Positions 17,541 to 26,745 are shown, counted from the first letter of the stretch. The stretch: 64,000 nt of DNA from an uncultured Spirochaetota bacterium (GCA_963820525.1 CAWGAA010000001.1:3072001-3136000), one strand, 5' to 3'. A program made the numbers and translations. The notes: generated by a model not told the origin, from the sequence alone.

Positions 17541-19692
17541 TATTGTTCTCAGTATGTATAAGAATATCATCTTGCTGAGTAAGCCTTATAGCTACTGCGG
17601 GTACATTTTCATAATAATGATTATCATCTTCGATACGAAAAAAATGTATCTGAATCGTTGGCAAATCTTTCTGGAAAAATGCGCGATCGCCAGGATAAGA
17701 ATCAGCTCCAGAGCTTGAACGGCCTTGAAAAAGCTGCGGGATTATTCCTTTTGAAAGACGCCGCGTTCGCTTTAGGCCATAATGCATGAAATAGACTAAA
17801 CATTTCAAATTATTATCGAGATCAAGCATTGATTTTAGATTGCAATTAACATAGCAAAGGCCTATTGCATCTTCTTCATCGAGATATGATAGAGGTGCCA
17901 GTACATTCTCGAAAACTTCATTTAGAAAAGTGAAAGCCAATTTGTGTTGTGGAAACCTAGCATTTTCTTTGAATTGCATGTTTTCAAGAAGCTTTATAAG
18001 CTTAGCGTTGTGAAGACCTTCGCTGGGCGAATTATGCGGAGCTCGCGGTGCAAACCAATTATCCCCCAAATGTGGCCTTAGATAAGGTGTTGATAATATA
18101 TTATATCTTGTGGGTGCTAAGCTATGATCAAGATAAAAAAGTCTTCGCCATTCTTTTAAAGGGCGACCCCGATGAGCTTCTAACCGATTTCGCATATCTT
18201 GTTCATGCCTAACATAAGCTATATATGCGTACTTTACATCTGGGTGTAAATAAACTCTGCAAAAACCAAAATGTCCGCTATGATATCCAAAAAATCGCGC
18301 ACGTTGTTGTATCGTATCTGCTGTCCAACCACCTGGACCTCTAGGCATATAAGTTACAGTTAAACCTTTTACAGTATATCCACGACCTAGTTTCTCGCCA
18401 CCTACAAGAATATGTGAATATGAGTTTTGCCATTGAACTTCACGCCCTTCTATAGAATTAACTAAGGTTACAGTAGTTTGATTTATAGCTACAGGTAATT
18501 TGCCCTCAATTTGATTGAATGGCGGCAATGAAGAACAGGTACGACTTAAATCATCATAAGCGGTTCTAAAATCAGCCATTAATTCAATACGATCTGGTTC
18601 ATTCATAGCTTGTAATATTCTATGCCAGTTGTGCTTTATGGCTTCTATCCAATCATAATAATGACGATGTATAGCTATTTTTTTTGAAGCATGAACTAGC
18701 ATTGATCGATGCTCTTCAGAGTGAGAAATACGTCCAGCTGCTACGCCAATAAAATAAACTTGTAGCGCATGTAATAAAGACTCTGGAGGCTCTTCTGGCA
18801 TATGCTCATCATCAAAAAGATATGCTTGTGCAATTGTTTCAACATATATGCTGTTTTCAGCAAAAAACAGATCCCCACCTATGTATCCTTCACCAGGTGA
18901 AACAAGCTCTGCAAAATCTGCTGATAATGAATCTATTCTAGTAATTAGCAATGGAGCTTGCGGAGTTGCAGTGTATTGCAAGAAGGTATGAGATGGGAGG
19001 GCTTTTCTAAGCCCATCAATACTGACATAAGTTGCACTAGCATTTGGCTCATTCGGGCGTGTGTTCAAACTGGCCTGATCCGCTTCATCATCGAATATAA
19101 TAGAAGGTATTCCACCCAGATCGATTGAGCTTAGCAACTGTGTCAAATTATTTAAATGCCTGTAATTCTTCATTACAGTAATGAAAAGTGTTCGTCGGTC
19201 TTCATCAACATATTGATTACTTCGCCATTCTTCAATTAATGCTACGATAGCAGGTAATTCATTATCTTTTCGTGGGTTTTTTAACATATGCCACGTCCAA
19301 TCAGGCGATGCTGAACGCAAATGAGATTCCATTCTTTCACTATTTTGTGTTACGAGATTAGTTGTTATTCCAGCGATTAGAATAATAATTCTATAGCCAT
19401 TATCTTTTGCTAAAGCAGAAATAGCAGTCATCGATGCAGTTTTGCCACTTTGAACATACCCACATACAAGTCCAATCCCGGGATTCTCAGATGAAGTCGG
19501 TGGATTGCATTTAGATAGAATACGATGTGCCTCATCAATTAAGCGGTTTGCATCTTCCCCTGAGGGTAGAATCCCTTGAGTTATGAAATAATTCCTAAGT
19601 GAGTTTGTGACATTCCCAATTATTGGAACCCAATTACCATTCGAATCATGAATATTTATGATTTTAATAATTTCATTAGAGTTAATAGCCAT
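17533..19692 (-). CDS. Z1 domain-containing SF2 helicase-like/endonuclease subunit
   Basis: GYVQSGKT, DDEADQAS, YTATPQA, SMLVH, LGRGYT, DTIQQRARFFGY. Confidence 0.9.
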   Translation of the reverse strand: MAINSNEIIKIINIHDSNGNWVPIIGNVTNSLRNYFITQGILPSGEDANRLIDEAHRILSKCNPPTSSENPGIGLVCGYVQSGKTASMTAISALAKDNGYRIIILIAGITTNLVTQNSERMESHLRSASPDWTWHMLKNPRKDNELPAIVALIEEWRSNQYVDEDRRTLFITVMKNYRHLNNLTQLLSSIDLGGIPSIIFDDEADQASLNTRPNEPNASATYVSIDGLRKALPSHTFLQYTATPQAPLLITRIDSLSADFAELVSPGEGYIGGDLFFAENSIYVETIAQAYLFDDEHMPEEPPESLLHALQVYFIGVAAGRISHSEEHRSMLVHASKKIAIHRHYYDWIEAIKHNWHRILQAMNEPDRIELMADFRTAYDDLSRTCSSLPPFNQIEGKLPVAINQTTVTLVNSIEGREVQWQNSYSHILVGGEKLGRGYTVKGLTVTYMPRGPGGWTADTIQQRARFFGYHSGHFGFCRVYLHPDVKYAYIAYVRHEQDMRNRLEAHRGRPLKEWRRLFYLDHSLAPTRYNILSTPYLRPHLGDNWFAPRAPHNSPSEGLHNAKLIKLLENMQFKENARFPQHKLAFTFLNEVFENVLAPLSYLDEEDAIGLCYVNCNLKSMLDLDNNLKCLVYFMHYGLKRTRRLSKGIIPQLFQGRSSSGADSYPGDRAFFQKDLPTIQIHFFRIEDDNHYYENVPAVAIRLTQQDDILIHTENNND

Positions 19693-21221
19693 TATTTTCC
19701 GCTTTTTTTAATAGGCCCAGATAAAGACCTTAGAATCTGATTTAAGTTTCTACGTATCGTTCCTGCTTGCCTAACGCCTGCTTCTCTTGCTGTAATTTCT
19801 GCGATTGCCAGGCCTGCAGCTAGCCGAGTAAATGGTATTATTTCATCTCCATCTGGCGAAACGAAACGGTCCATGAAGGGATGTGCTAGATTCATACGAA
19901 TATGAACTTCAATTTCTGATTTCTGCTTGTTATTTTGAGATAGCTCATACCATTCTTCATGCGATATATCATCAATAAGCTCAATTGTTATAGACCAATG
20001 CTTAAGTGCGTGATTTACTTCAATTTTAACAGATGTACTCTTAGCTTTTTCGTCTTTAGATTTTTCAAGCCTTGTAGCTAGTGGCTCATCTTTAGGCTTA
20101 TTATTTAATTGTTCTTCTATTATCGGAGATAGGTGCTGTGCAATTATATGAGTTGCATCTTCGGGTGCTTCGCTAATAACTTCCTGTATCATGTTGCTAT
20201 GAGCCCGATAATTTGCTGCTTGATCAAGTAATGGAATTGGTTTTGTATTTAACTCCGATTTTAGCCATTTTAATATATCATCTTCCCAATCTTCCCACTG
20301 AATACCATCTTTAGTATGACTAACAGAAAATCCCTGAACTTCAAGCTCTCCAATAAGTCGCTGATAAACAAATTTATTAGCTTTTCCAAAAATATATTCT
20401 GGACGGTAAGCTTCGCCACAACTGCCCTGTATTAATCTCCTTCGCCTAAATAATGCAAAGCCAGCATTTGTAACACTTCCACGTGCAAGAATTCCTGCCC
20501 ATCCTTTAACGCTATGATCATTATTAAAAACCATATTAAAATTCTTTTGCCAAATTATTGGTTTATTGTCAGGAGTTGAATGATACGGTGCTTCAAGGAA
20601 AACAGGTGGTTCATAAATCAATGGAGTCCCATCTACTTTTATCTCTAATAAATTATCTCTGATAAACAAGCGATAAATGCTACCAAGATGATCCTTTATT
20701 TTGTCTAGCGTCCGTCCTTTTGGTTTAACCAGCAAATTACTAAGAGTTATTACAGTAAAGTGCTTCTGTTCATTAACTCGATTCTCTGTTGGCTGCAATT
20801 TTTCGATATTATTCTTAACTATCATTGGTATGTCAAATACTATTGACCTCTCTACATTTTCACCAATCGCTTTTGTTCTTACTATCCAAGTTCTCGCGAA
20901 CCAGCTAGCGGCTGCTTTCATGCCAAGACCAAATTCAGACAATCCAGAAGTATCTGGCGGGATTGCAGCTGGAAGAAAGGCTCTTGCATAATCACTTATG
21001 GCTATACCAGCTGCATTATCGCGAATCTCAATATAATCATCATGCAATTCTATCTCAACTAATAGCTTATAATACTTACCATCCAATTTTCTTAGGGCAG
21101 TAATATTTGAACAGCCACTTTGTAGGGAATTATCGACAAATTCTGCTAGCGCAAACCACGGCTTGTAATTCAGTCTTGCAAATGAAGCATACATAGCTAC
21201 TTCAGGTCTGATTATTATCAA
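19692..21221 (-). CDS. GHKL (MORC/MutL/HSP90-like) ATPase
   Basis: ALAEFVDNS, IRDNAAGI, EFGLGMKAA Bergerat-fold motifs. Confidence 0.88.
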   Translation of the reverse strand: MIIIRPEVAMYASFARLNYKPWFALAEFVDNSLQSGCSNITALRKLDGKYYKLLVEIELHDDYIEIRDNAAGIAISDYARAFLPAAIPPDTSGLSEFGLGMKAAASWFARTWIVRTKAIGENVERSIVFDIPMIVKNNIEKLQPTENRVNEQKHFTVITLSNLLVKPKGRTLDKIKDHLGSIYRLFIRDNLLEIKVDGTPLIYEPPVFLEAPYHSTPDNKPIIWQKNFNMVFNNDHSVKGWAGILARGSVTNAGFALFRRRRLIQGSCGEAYRPEYIFGKANKFVYQRLIGELEVQGFSVSHTKDGIQWEDWEDDILKWLKSELNTKPIPLLDQAANYRAHSNMIQEVISEAPEDATHIIAQHLSPIIEEQLNNKPKDEPLATRLEKSKDEKAKSTSVKIEVNHALKHWSITIELIDDISHEEWYELSQNNKQKSEIEVHIRMNLAHPFMDRFVSPDGDEIIPFTRLAAGLAIAEITAREAGVRQAGTIRRNLNQILRSLSGPIKKSGK

Positions 21222-22501
21222 ATCATATTCTCCTTAGCATGGCTTTTAGAAGGATATAAATTTTGCACAGTACTCCTTGGGCCGCGTCCGACACCAGGAT
21301 GATCAGAGTGATTTCCTTTAAGATAAAGGTATTTCTTTATGACCGGATAGCAACGAGAAGGAGGTGGACAATCCTCTCTATGAGGCGGCATTAATCGTAA
21401 AGTTAGTGGGATGCAATTTTCATTTAATAATTGCCTTCTTATTTCGAGGCCAAATAATTCTCCAATTAAGCAAGGCACTGCATTTCCTACTTGACGATGT
21501 GCTGAAGACCTATTTCCATAAATTTCATATCCATCAGGAAAAGTTTGTAAACGTGAGATTTCTTTGATACTTAGCAAGCGATTTCGCCAATGAAATGGAC
21601 CAGAAGCTGGTCCAGGACTAGCTTGTATGGTCCAAGACGGATACCTTTTTGATAATTTGAGTAGAAATGACCAGTACTTTGTCCTCCAGCCAAAAAGGGG
21701 GGTCCCATTACCACGATGAGTGTGCCATAGATAATTTTTTCCCTCAGGGATGCTTTTAATCAAATCTTTCCATTTTCCCCTAATTTGAAGGTCAGCAGAC
21801 CATTCATTTGTATCAAGATCACCAATTGCATCCCAGGAATTCCTATAAGGTTCAAGGCCGTCAGCATATCCACATATGGGAGAAGGCATATCGAGCATTT
21901 TTCCATTAATATCAGCGACAATAAAAATCCGTTTCCGTATTTGTGGAACACCATAATCTGCAGAGTTTATATAAAAGTCTTGTAGCTTATATTCAGTTCC
22001 TTTCTTTCTATTTATTCTTTCAATACCATCTTTAATTAATTCCAATCCAGATCTCTGCCTTCCATAAGCATTCCAAGATATCCCTTTTACGTTCTCGAGT
22101 AATATTACTCTTGGTAACGCTACCTCAACCACATTAAGAAAAGCTTGAAGTGTTTTTGTTCTCGGGTCACGTAAGCCAGCAGAGGTGCCATTAAACCAAT
22201 AGGTCGACTTTGAGAAAGGCTGACAAGGTGGTCCGCAAGAAAGTAGTGCGGTTTCTCCAGGTTGCAGGCCAACTTGTGATAATAGCTCAGAAGGATGAAT
22301 TCTAAAAATATCACCTGGATTGGTTAGAGTCCAAGAAGGATTATTCTTTGTTAATGTTTTTCTTGAGTCATCGTCAGCTTCGATACAGCCCTTAATACAA
22401 AATCCGGCATATTCTAGACCTAAATCCAAACCACCTGCTCCAGTGAATAATGATAAAACTAAATGTTCTGGTTTTTTTTTCTGCTTTAATCGTTTATTCA
22501 T
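21218..22501 (-). CDS. dcm: DNA cytosine-5 methyltransferase
   Basis: SLFTGAGG, GPPCQPFS, ENV, YGVPQ.RKR, RLQTFPD, QVGNAVP. Confidence 0.93.
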   Translation of the reverse strand: MNKRLKQKKKPEHLVLSLFTGAGGLDLGLEYAGFCIKGCIEADDDSRKTLTKNNPSWTLTNPGDIFRIHPSELLSQVGLQPGETALLSCGPPCQPFSKSTYWFNGTSAGLRDPRTKTLQAFLNVVEVALPRVILLENVKGISWNAYGRQRSGLELIKDGIERINRKKGTEYKLQDFYINSADYGVPQIRKRIFIVADINGKMLDMPSPICGYADGLEPYRNSWDAIGDLDTNEWSADLQIRGKWKDLIKSIPEGKNYLWHTHRGNGTPLFGWRTKYWSFLLKLSKRYPSWTIQASPGPASGPFHWRNRLLSIKEISRLQTFPDGYEIYGNRSSAHRQVGNAVPCLIGELFGLEIRRQLLNENCIPLTLRLMPPHREDCPPPSRCYPVIKKYLYLKGNHSDHPGVGRGPRSTVQNLYPSKSHAKENMI

Positions 22502-22896
22502 AATAAAAATGAATGGCTTCAATGGGTTTTTCAACGACCGCGGCCATGTACATATTGGATAAGACTTCAGCTATTGATATAGATTTAACGCTTGAATATT
22601 CCTTTAATGTCACCATATTGTCTTCAATAATCACCTTGATCACGGCATCGGTTTCAGTTGATTTGCGTTTACAGTTACCAGGATCGTGATCTATTCCCTC
22701 CTCTAGTTATGTAATATATCAGATCTTGACTATCATTGTACATTGTAAATTTTGGTCAATAGAAATCGGGACAATCACAAATCTCTACTGAGTTTATTAC
22801 TTAGCCTTGCAAGGATGTTTTTCATTATTGGGTAGAGCAAGAAACTGTCGTTGGTGACTGTTACATATGATACACACAAGTAGTGTTCTGCCTTTC

Positions 22897-23007
22897 ACCT
22901 AACGTTTCGAGCGTACACGACGTGGCCCGAGGCTAACAAGGCCGAGGGCCATGTGGCGGAGCCCGAGCCGCCCGCCATGGCGGCGAAGCGTGTACGCTCC
23001 GTTAGCT
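22897..23007 (-). repeat. attC-like site C
   Basis: Plus strand ACCTAAC-GTTTC-GAGCGTACACG...CGTGTACGCTC-C-GTTAGCT; perfect 11-bp arms; interior shared with A and B. Confidence 0.88.
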
Positions 23008-23015
23008 GAAGTGGA

Positions 23016-23536
23016 CTACGATCTTTTAAATCTTGTGGCATAAACTCTGCGTGGAAAATCGCCTTCTGCATACTCGGTTTTACTCGCATCTTTTACAATA
23101 TCTTCATTTGCGTACGCCTCTATTACTTCACCTATAAAAAGATTTTTATCTCCTGTTTCTATTTCTTGTTTAACTTTGCATTCAATATGAGCTACACACT
23201 CGGCAATAATAGGAGCTCTTACTTTTCGCGCTGGTTGTTGAGTTAATCCCGTTTCTCTAAATTTATCAAATTGATATCCTGAGTGCAAACCGCAATAATA
23301 TATTTTTGCTTTTAGCTGAGCGGGAGGAATATTTACAATAAATTCTTTATTACTTTTGATTAACTCATATGAAAAGGATTTGTTCCCTATGGCACAGGCT
23401 ATAAGTGGGGTCCCTTTGAGACAGGCATACAAAAGCTAACTGCGATGATATTTGATTTTATTTTTATCTCCCCGCAGGTTATTAAGAAATGTCTCATCGG
23501 CCACATAAATTCTAGATATTCGACATCAATATTCAT
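23016..23536 (-). pseudogene. Flavin reductase family protein cassette (one frameshift near 23410-23420)
   Basis: MNIDVEYLEFMWPMRHFLITCG...CMPVSK, then shifted frame PLIACAIG...EFIVNIP...HIECKV...GDKNLFIGEV. Confidence 0.8.
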
Positions 23537-23562
23537 TTTATCTAATCTCCCTTGTCCATTTC

Positions 23563-23757
23563 AGCTAACGTAAAGGGTTTACGACATGCCCCGTCCCGAA
23601 GGGCTGGCACAGGGGTTGCCCCGCAAAACATAGAAAAGAGTGTACCACACATCTTAGAGGACCGTAAGAAGATTTGATCTGCAAGCCCTGTGCCAGAGGG
23701 GCATGTGGCGAAGCCCGGAGCGACCGGAGGGAGCGGAGCGTAAACCCTATGTTGAAC
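23563..23757 (-). repeat. attC-like site D (long, different sub-type)
   Basis: Plus strand AGCTAAC-GTAAA-GGGTTTACG...CGTAAACCC-TAT-GTTGAAC; internal stems ACATGCCCC/GGGGCATGT and TGGCACAGGG/CCCTGTGCCA. Confidence 0.8.
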
Positions 23758-23787
23758 GAAGTCGCTCCGCCCGCGCTATGGGTTTTA

Positions 23788-24990
23788 TTACGCGCTGTTC
23801 CAATAACTTTCAGCGGTATTTTCCGGCGGGAGCTCAATAATCTGAATATTCGCGCTCTTGCAGCGGGGACATCTTTTTTCGATAGTCTCAGGCGCTTCCA
23901 AGAAAAAATCATACGATCGCTGTTGAGATTCTAGATCGATGCATAACAAACGACGGATGTATTTCAGATTCTCATTTTTGTGCCCGTTGCTCAAGAGGCC
24001 GTAAAATCGTATACGCTTGAATCCTTCCGGCAGCACATGCAGGAGAAATCTTCTCATGAACTCGGAGGCGCCAAGTGTCATTACCTTTTTCCGGTTTCTA
24101 TTCCTGTAGTCCTTCCATATAAAGCTCACGTTTCCGCCGGTGAAATTCAATATCCGTTTGTTGCTGATCGCTACCCGATGCGTATAGTGCCCTATATATT
24201 TCAGTACGCGTAACGGATTGGAAAACGGCTTTTTGGCGTAGACGATCCATTTTTTCGCATAACATTCATCCAACACCTTTGCAAACCCGGCTGTCTCTGC
24301 TGTCTTGCGTAACTTACCAAAGAAACTCAACTCTTTTGCTGCATATGCCTGTTTCAAATAATGCAGGTATTTACCTCTGAACAATCGATTGAGAATGTGT
24401 ATCGAGATAAAGAAGTTGTTCCTGCTTTCAATCCATGCGGATTTATCCCGGCTCAATCCCCCTCCGGTAACAATGCAGTGCAGATGTGGATGGTCAAGTA
24501 GGTTTTGGCTCCAGGTGTGGAGAATGGCGATAAATCCGATCTTCGCGCCGAGATTCTTCGGGTTTCCCGCGGCTTCTTGAAGAGTCTCGTTTGCGGCGTG
24601 AAAGAGAATGTCGTAGAGCACTCTTTTATTCTGGAGAATAAGGGAATTCAATACCGCCGGGACGGTGAAGACGATATGGAAATATTTTATGGGCAGAAGC
24701 TCTTGTGTCCGCTCGTAAACCCATTGCGCCTGCTTGCTCGCCTGGCATTTGGGGCAATGCCGGTTCCTGCATGAATTATAGGATATCTGTTCATACCCGC
24801 ATTCATGGCAAACAAGTTTATGGCCGCCCAATTTCGGACCGCGGCAGTTTATGATTGCGTTTACGACTTTCCAATGATCATAACTGATGCCTTTCAGTAA
24901 CTGGGTGCTTTGTCTGAAAACATCGGCGACTTCGAATTTGGGTCTTGGAAAAACCGTTGCCGCTTCAATATAGCCCATGCTGTATAACAA
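23788..24990 (-). CDS. IS91-family rolling-circle (HUH/Y2) transposase
   Basis: EVADVFR, SCRNRHCPKCQ zinc domain, HPHLH HUH motif, YIGHY tyrosine pair, RRFLLHVLP.GF.RIR.YG; exact start uncertain (24990 or 24978). Confidence 0.92.
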   Translation of the reverse strand: MLYSMGYIEAATVFPRPKFEVADVFRQSTQLLKGISYDHWKVVNAIINCRGPKLGGHKLVCHECGYEQISYNSCRNRHCPKCQASKQAQWVYERTQELLPIKYFHIVFTVPAVLNSLILQNKRVLYDILFHAANETLQEAAGNPKNLGAKIGFIAILHTWSQNLLDHPHLHCIVTGGGLSRDKSAWIESRNNFFISIHILNRLFRGKYLHYLKQAYAAKELSFFGKLRKTAETAGFAKVLDECYAKKWIVYAKKPFSNPLRVLKYIGHYTHRVAISNKRILNFTGGNVSFIWKDYRNRNRKKVMTLGASEFMRRFLLHVLPEGFKRIRFYGLLSNGHKNENLKYIRRLLCIDLESQQRSYDFFLEAPETIEKRCPRCKSANIQIIELPPENTAESYWNSA

Positions 24991-25053
24991 GCGGGAAACA
25001 TCTGTCTTGCTTTCATGGCGGCGAATGAAGACTAAGGCTTGATGAAAGCCATC

Positions 25054-25135
25054 GCGGAGCGATTTTGTTCAACTCGTTGAGTGTGAATTTCACCTTTCCA
25101 TTTCATTATAATCCTTCTTCCCCAATCATCAAGCA
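25054..25135 (-). promoter_or_regulatory. Head of array: sigma70-like promoter and terminal (attI-like) core site
   Basis: TTGATG (25132-25127)-16 bp-TATAAT (25110-25105) pointing into the array; palindrome GTGAAATTCAC 25083-25093; GTTGAAC core at 25073 with no linker upstream. Confidence 0.55.
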
Positions 25136-25476
25136 CATCTCGGTCGTATAGATAGGCATGGGAGTGCGCATTTCATGAACTATTATCTCGAGGCGTTCCT
25201 TCGGGAATCGAGGAATCGAGGGTATGTCACGGAGAAAACCGCCGCTAAAATCAAGAGCCCGCTTTGAGAATATCGTGAAATTCACGATACCAGCGCCATG
25301 CAGTCATTACGGGGAATTTCACCTTTGAGTATTTGAAGGACTTCAAAAATCTCGCCCGATGCGATTACGATCATCTTGGAGGACGGACGCGAGGGTGCGC
25401 GGCGCAGGCTTCCGGCAGACGCGGTTCAAGGAATAGACGGCCTCTTGTGACTTCAATGAATGAAGCCCTCCGCGAG

Positions 25477-26020
25477 TCAAACAATCCCGGCGCTGTCTCC
25501 AGGACCGGTGAGGAACAGTCGCCTTACCTCCTCGGATTCGATCATGCTGCTAAGCCAGTTTTTCATATCGGGGGCCCGCCAGAAAGGCTGGTTCTGAAAA
25601 ACCGAATTGAATGTGTGGAAGTGCGTATTCAAGAAGACCTTCACCCTTCCAGCCACCATTTCCTTGATTTGATGGTCAAAGGGCAGGTTTTTGTATATCA
25701 ATTTCTCCGGATTACGGTAGCCAAGCCGTATGAGCTCGGTCACTTTCAAGCGGCACCGGCATCGGGCTTTCCTGGTGACCAGACCGCAATTCTCGCTCAT
25801 GAACTTCTTCAGCTTGTTTCTCCGCCCCTAATGGAGACGGGACGTTGAAAATAACCCCGAGCACAATCACGATCCTCTGTTTTCGGTTAAGACAGATCAG
25901 CGTCGCCAATACGCAGCTCGTCATCGTGTCGATTACGGTTTCCCGGATGGACGGGGAATCCTCTGGCTCACGATCACCGACAATATCCATTCTGGCGTAA
26001 TAATTGTCGAAATCATATGC
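25477..26020 (-). pseudogene. Fragmented ECF-type RNA polymerase sigma factor
   Basis: SCVLATLICLNRKQRIVIVLGVIF and MSENCGLV..KARCRC segments in different frames; N-terminus absent. Confidence 0.55.
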
Positions 26021-26067
26021 GAATGTGGGCCAAATCCTTTCGTTTCGATTATCACGCCGGAGCGGGC

Positions 26068-26490
26068 TTATTTCGCTTGTTCTGCCGGGGCCAGGGCTTT
26101 CTTGACCGTGCTGATGAACAGATTGCGCGCCCATGTGGCTCCGCTGACCGAGTCTACCCTGTCCAGGCTTTGGGTTTCCACAGGCATCAGGGGGTACTTC
26201 TGCAGCCATTTCCAATTTTCCCTGCACTGTTGGACGTACATGTCATTTCCTGCGTAGTTTTTTTCATAGTATTGATCGAATATCTGGTTCTTAAGGACGT
26301 CCATGATCTTGAAATCGAGAGCGCTAATCCTGCCGTTTTTGATCGCGATCTTGACCTGTCCCCAGAATGGCTCGCTCGTGTAGCCGGCCTGGGATTTCCC
26401 TTCATACACCCCGTCCGCGTATGTGAGACATTCCCCCTTTTCTGCGGCAACCGCCGTTTTCCCTTTACCATTGATACACGGCTTTTCTCA
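26068..26490 (-). pseudogene. FMN-binding domain protein, N-terminally truncated
   Basis: YADGVYEGKS, VDSVSGAT motif; in-frame stop upstream and no signal peptide. Confidence 0.6.
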
Positions 26491-26539
26491 GGGTGTGACA
26501 GAGGGAGAAAACATTTTTATCCGTCTGAGCCAGGGGCCG

Positions 26540-26728
26540 CTATCGTACCCTGAGATAGTTCTTGACGGTGCGGTCATAGCTGCGCTCGGCCTCTTTCGAG
26601 AAATAGCAGGCCGGGAGCTCTCCGGCCTTCCGGTGATAGGCGACGCACTCGCAGCATATTCCCTTCCTGTCGCAAGGATACGTGCAGTTGCATGCCGTCT
26701 TGTTCGATTCTACCGTGCAGGATCTCAT
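26540..26728 (-). CDS. Small Cys-rich protein (DUF6485-like)
   Basis: CNCTYPCDRKGICCECVAYHR..GELPACYF. Confidence 0.75.
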   Translation of the reverse strand: MRSCTVESNKTACNCTYPCDRKGICCECVAYHRKAGELPACYFSKEAERSYDRTVKNYLRVR

Positions 26729-26745
26729 ATTCTTCCTCGTTCCTG

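Noticed and set aside
16050..22501. Calling the module a complete mzaABCDE system
   Set aside because: No AIPR gene; has Dcm and Vsr instead, so only mza-like
22495..22695. Small ORF upstream of dcm after a strong RBS
   Set aside because: The RBS-adjacent start is only ATA and there is no recognisable motif; cannot be supported as a controller protein
13116..23757. Repeats as a CRISPR array or tRNA-like genes
   Set aside because: Units are 110-195 bp, separated by whole genes, with no cas genes or tRNA consensus
23565..23934. ORFs spanning linker D on both strands
   Set aside because: Translations of the palindromic site and transposase 3' end with no protein features
25083..25093. Rex or LexA operator
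   Set aside because: Half-site spacing (1 bp) does not match Rex, and there is no match to the LexA boxes I know
25333..26227. Candidate integron integrase beside the array head
   Set aside because: No tyrosine recombinase R-H-R-H-Y motifs seen in the translated ORFs; the region is a fragmented sigma factor plus shadow ORFs
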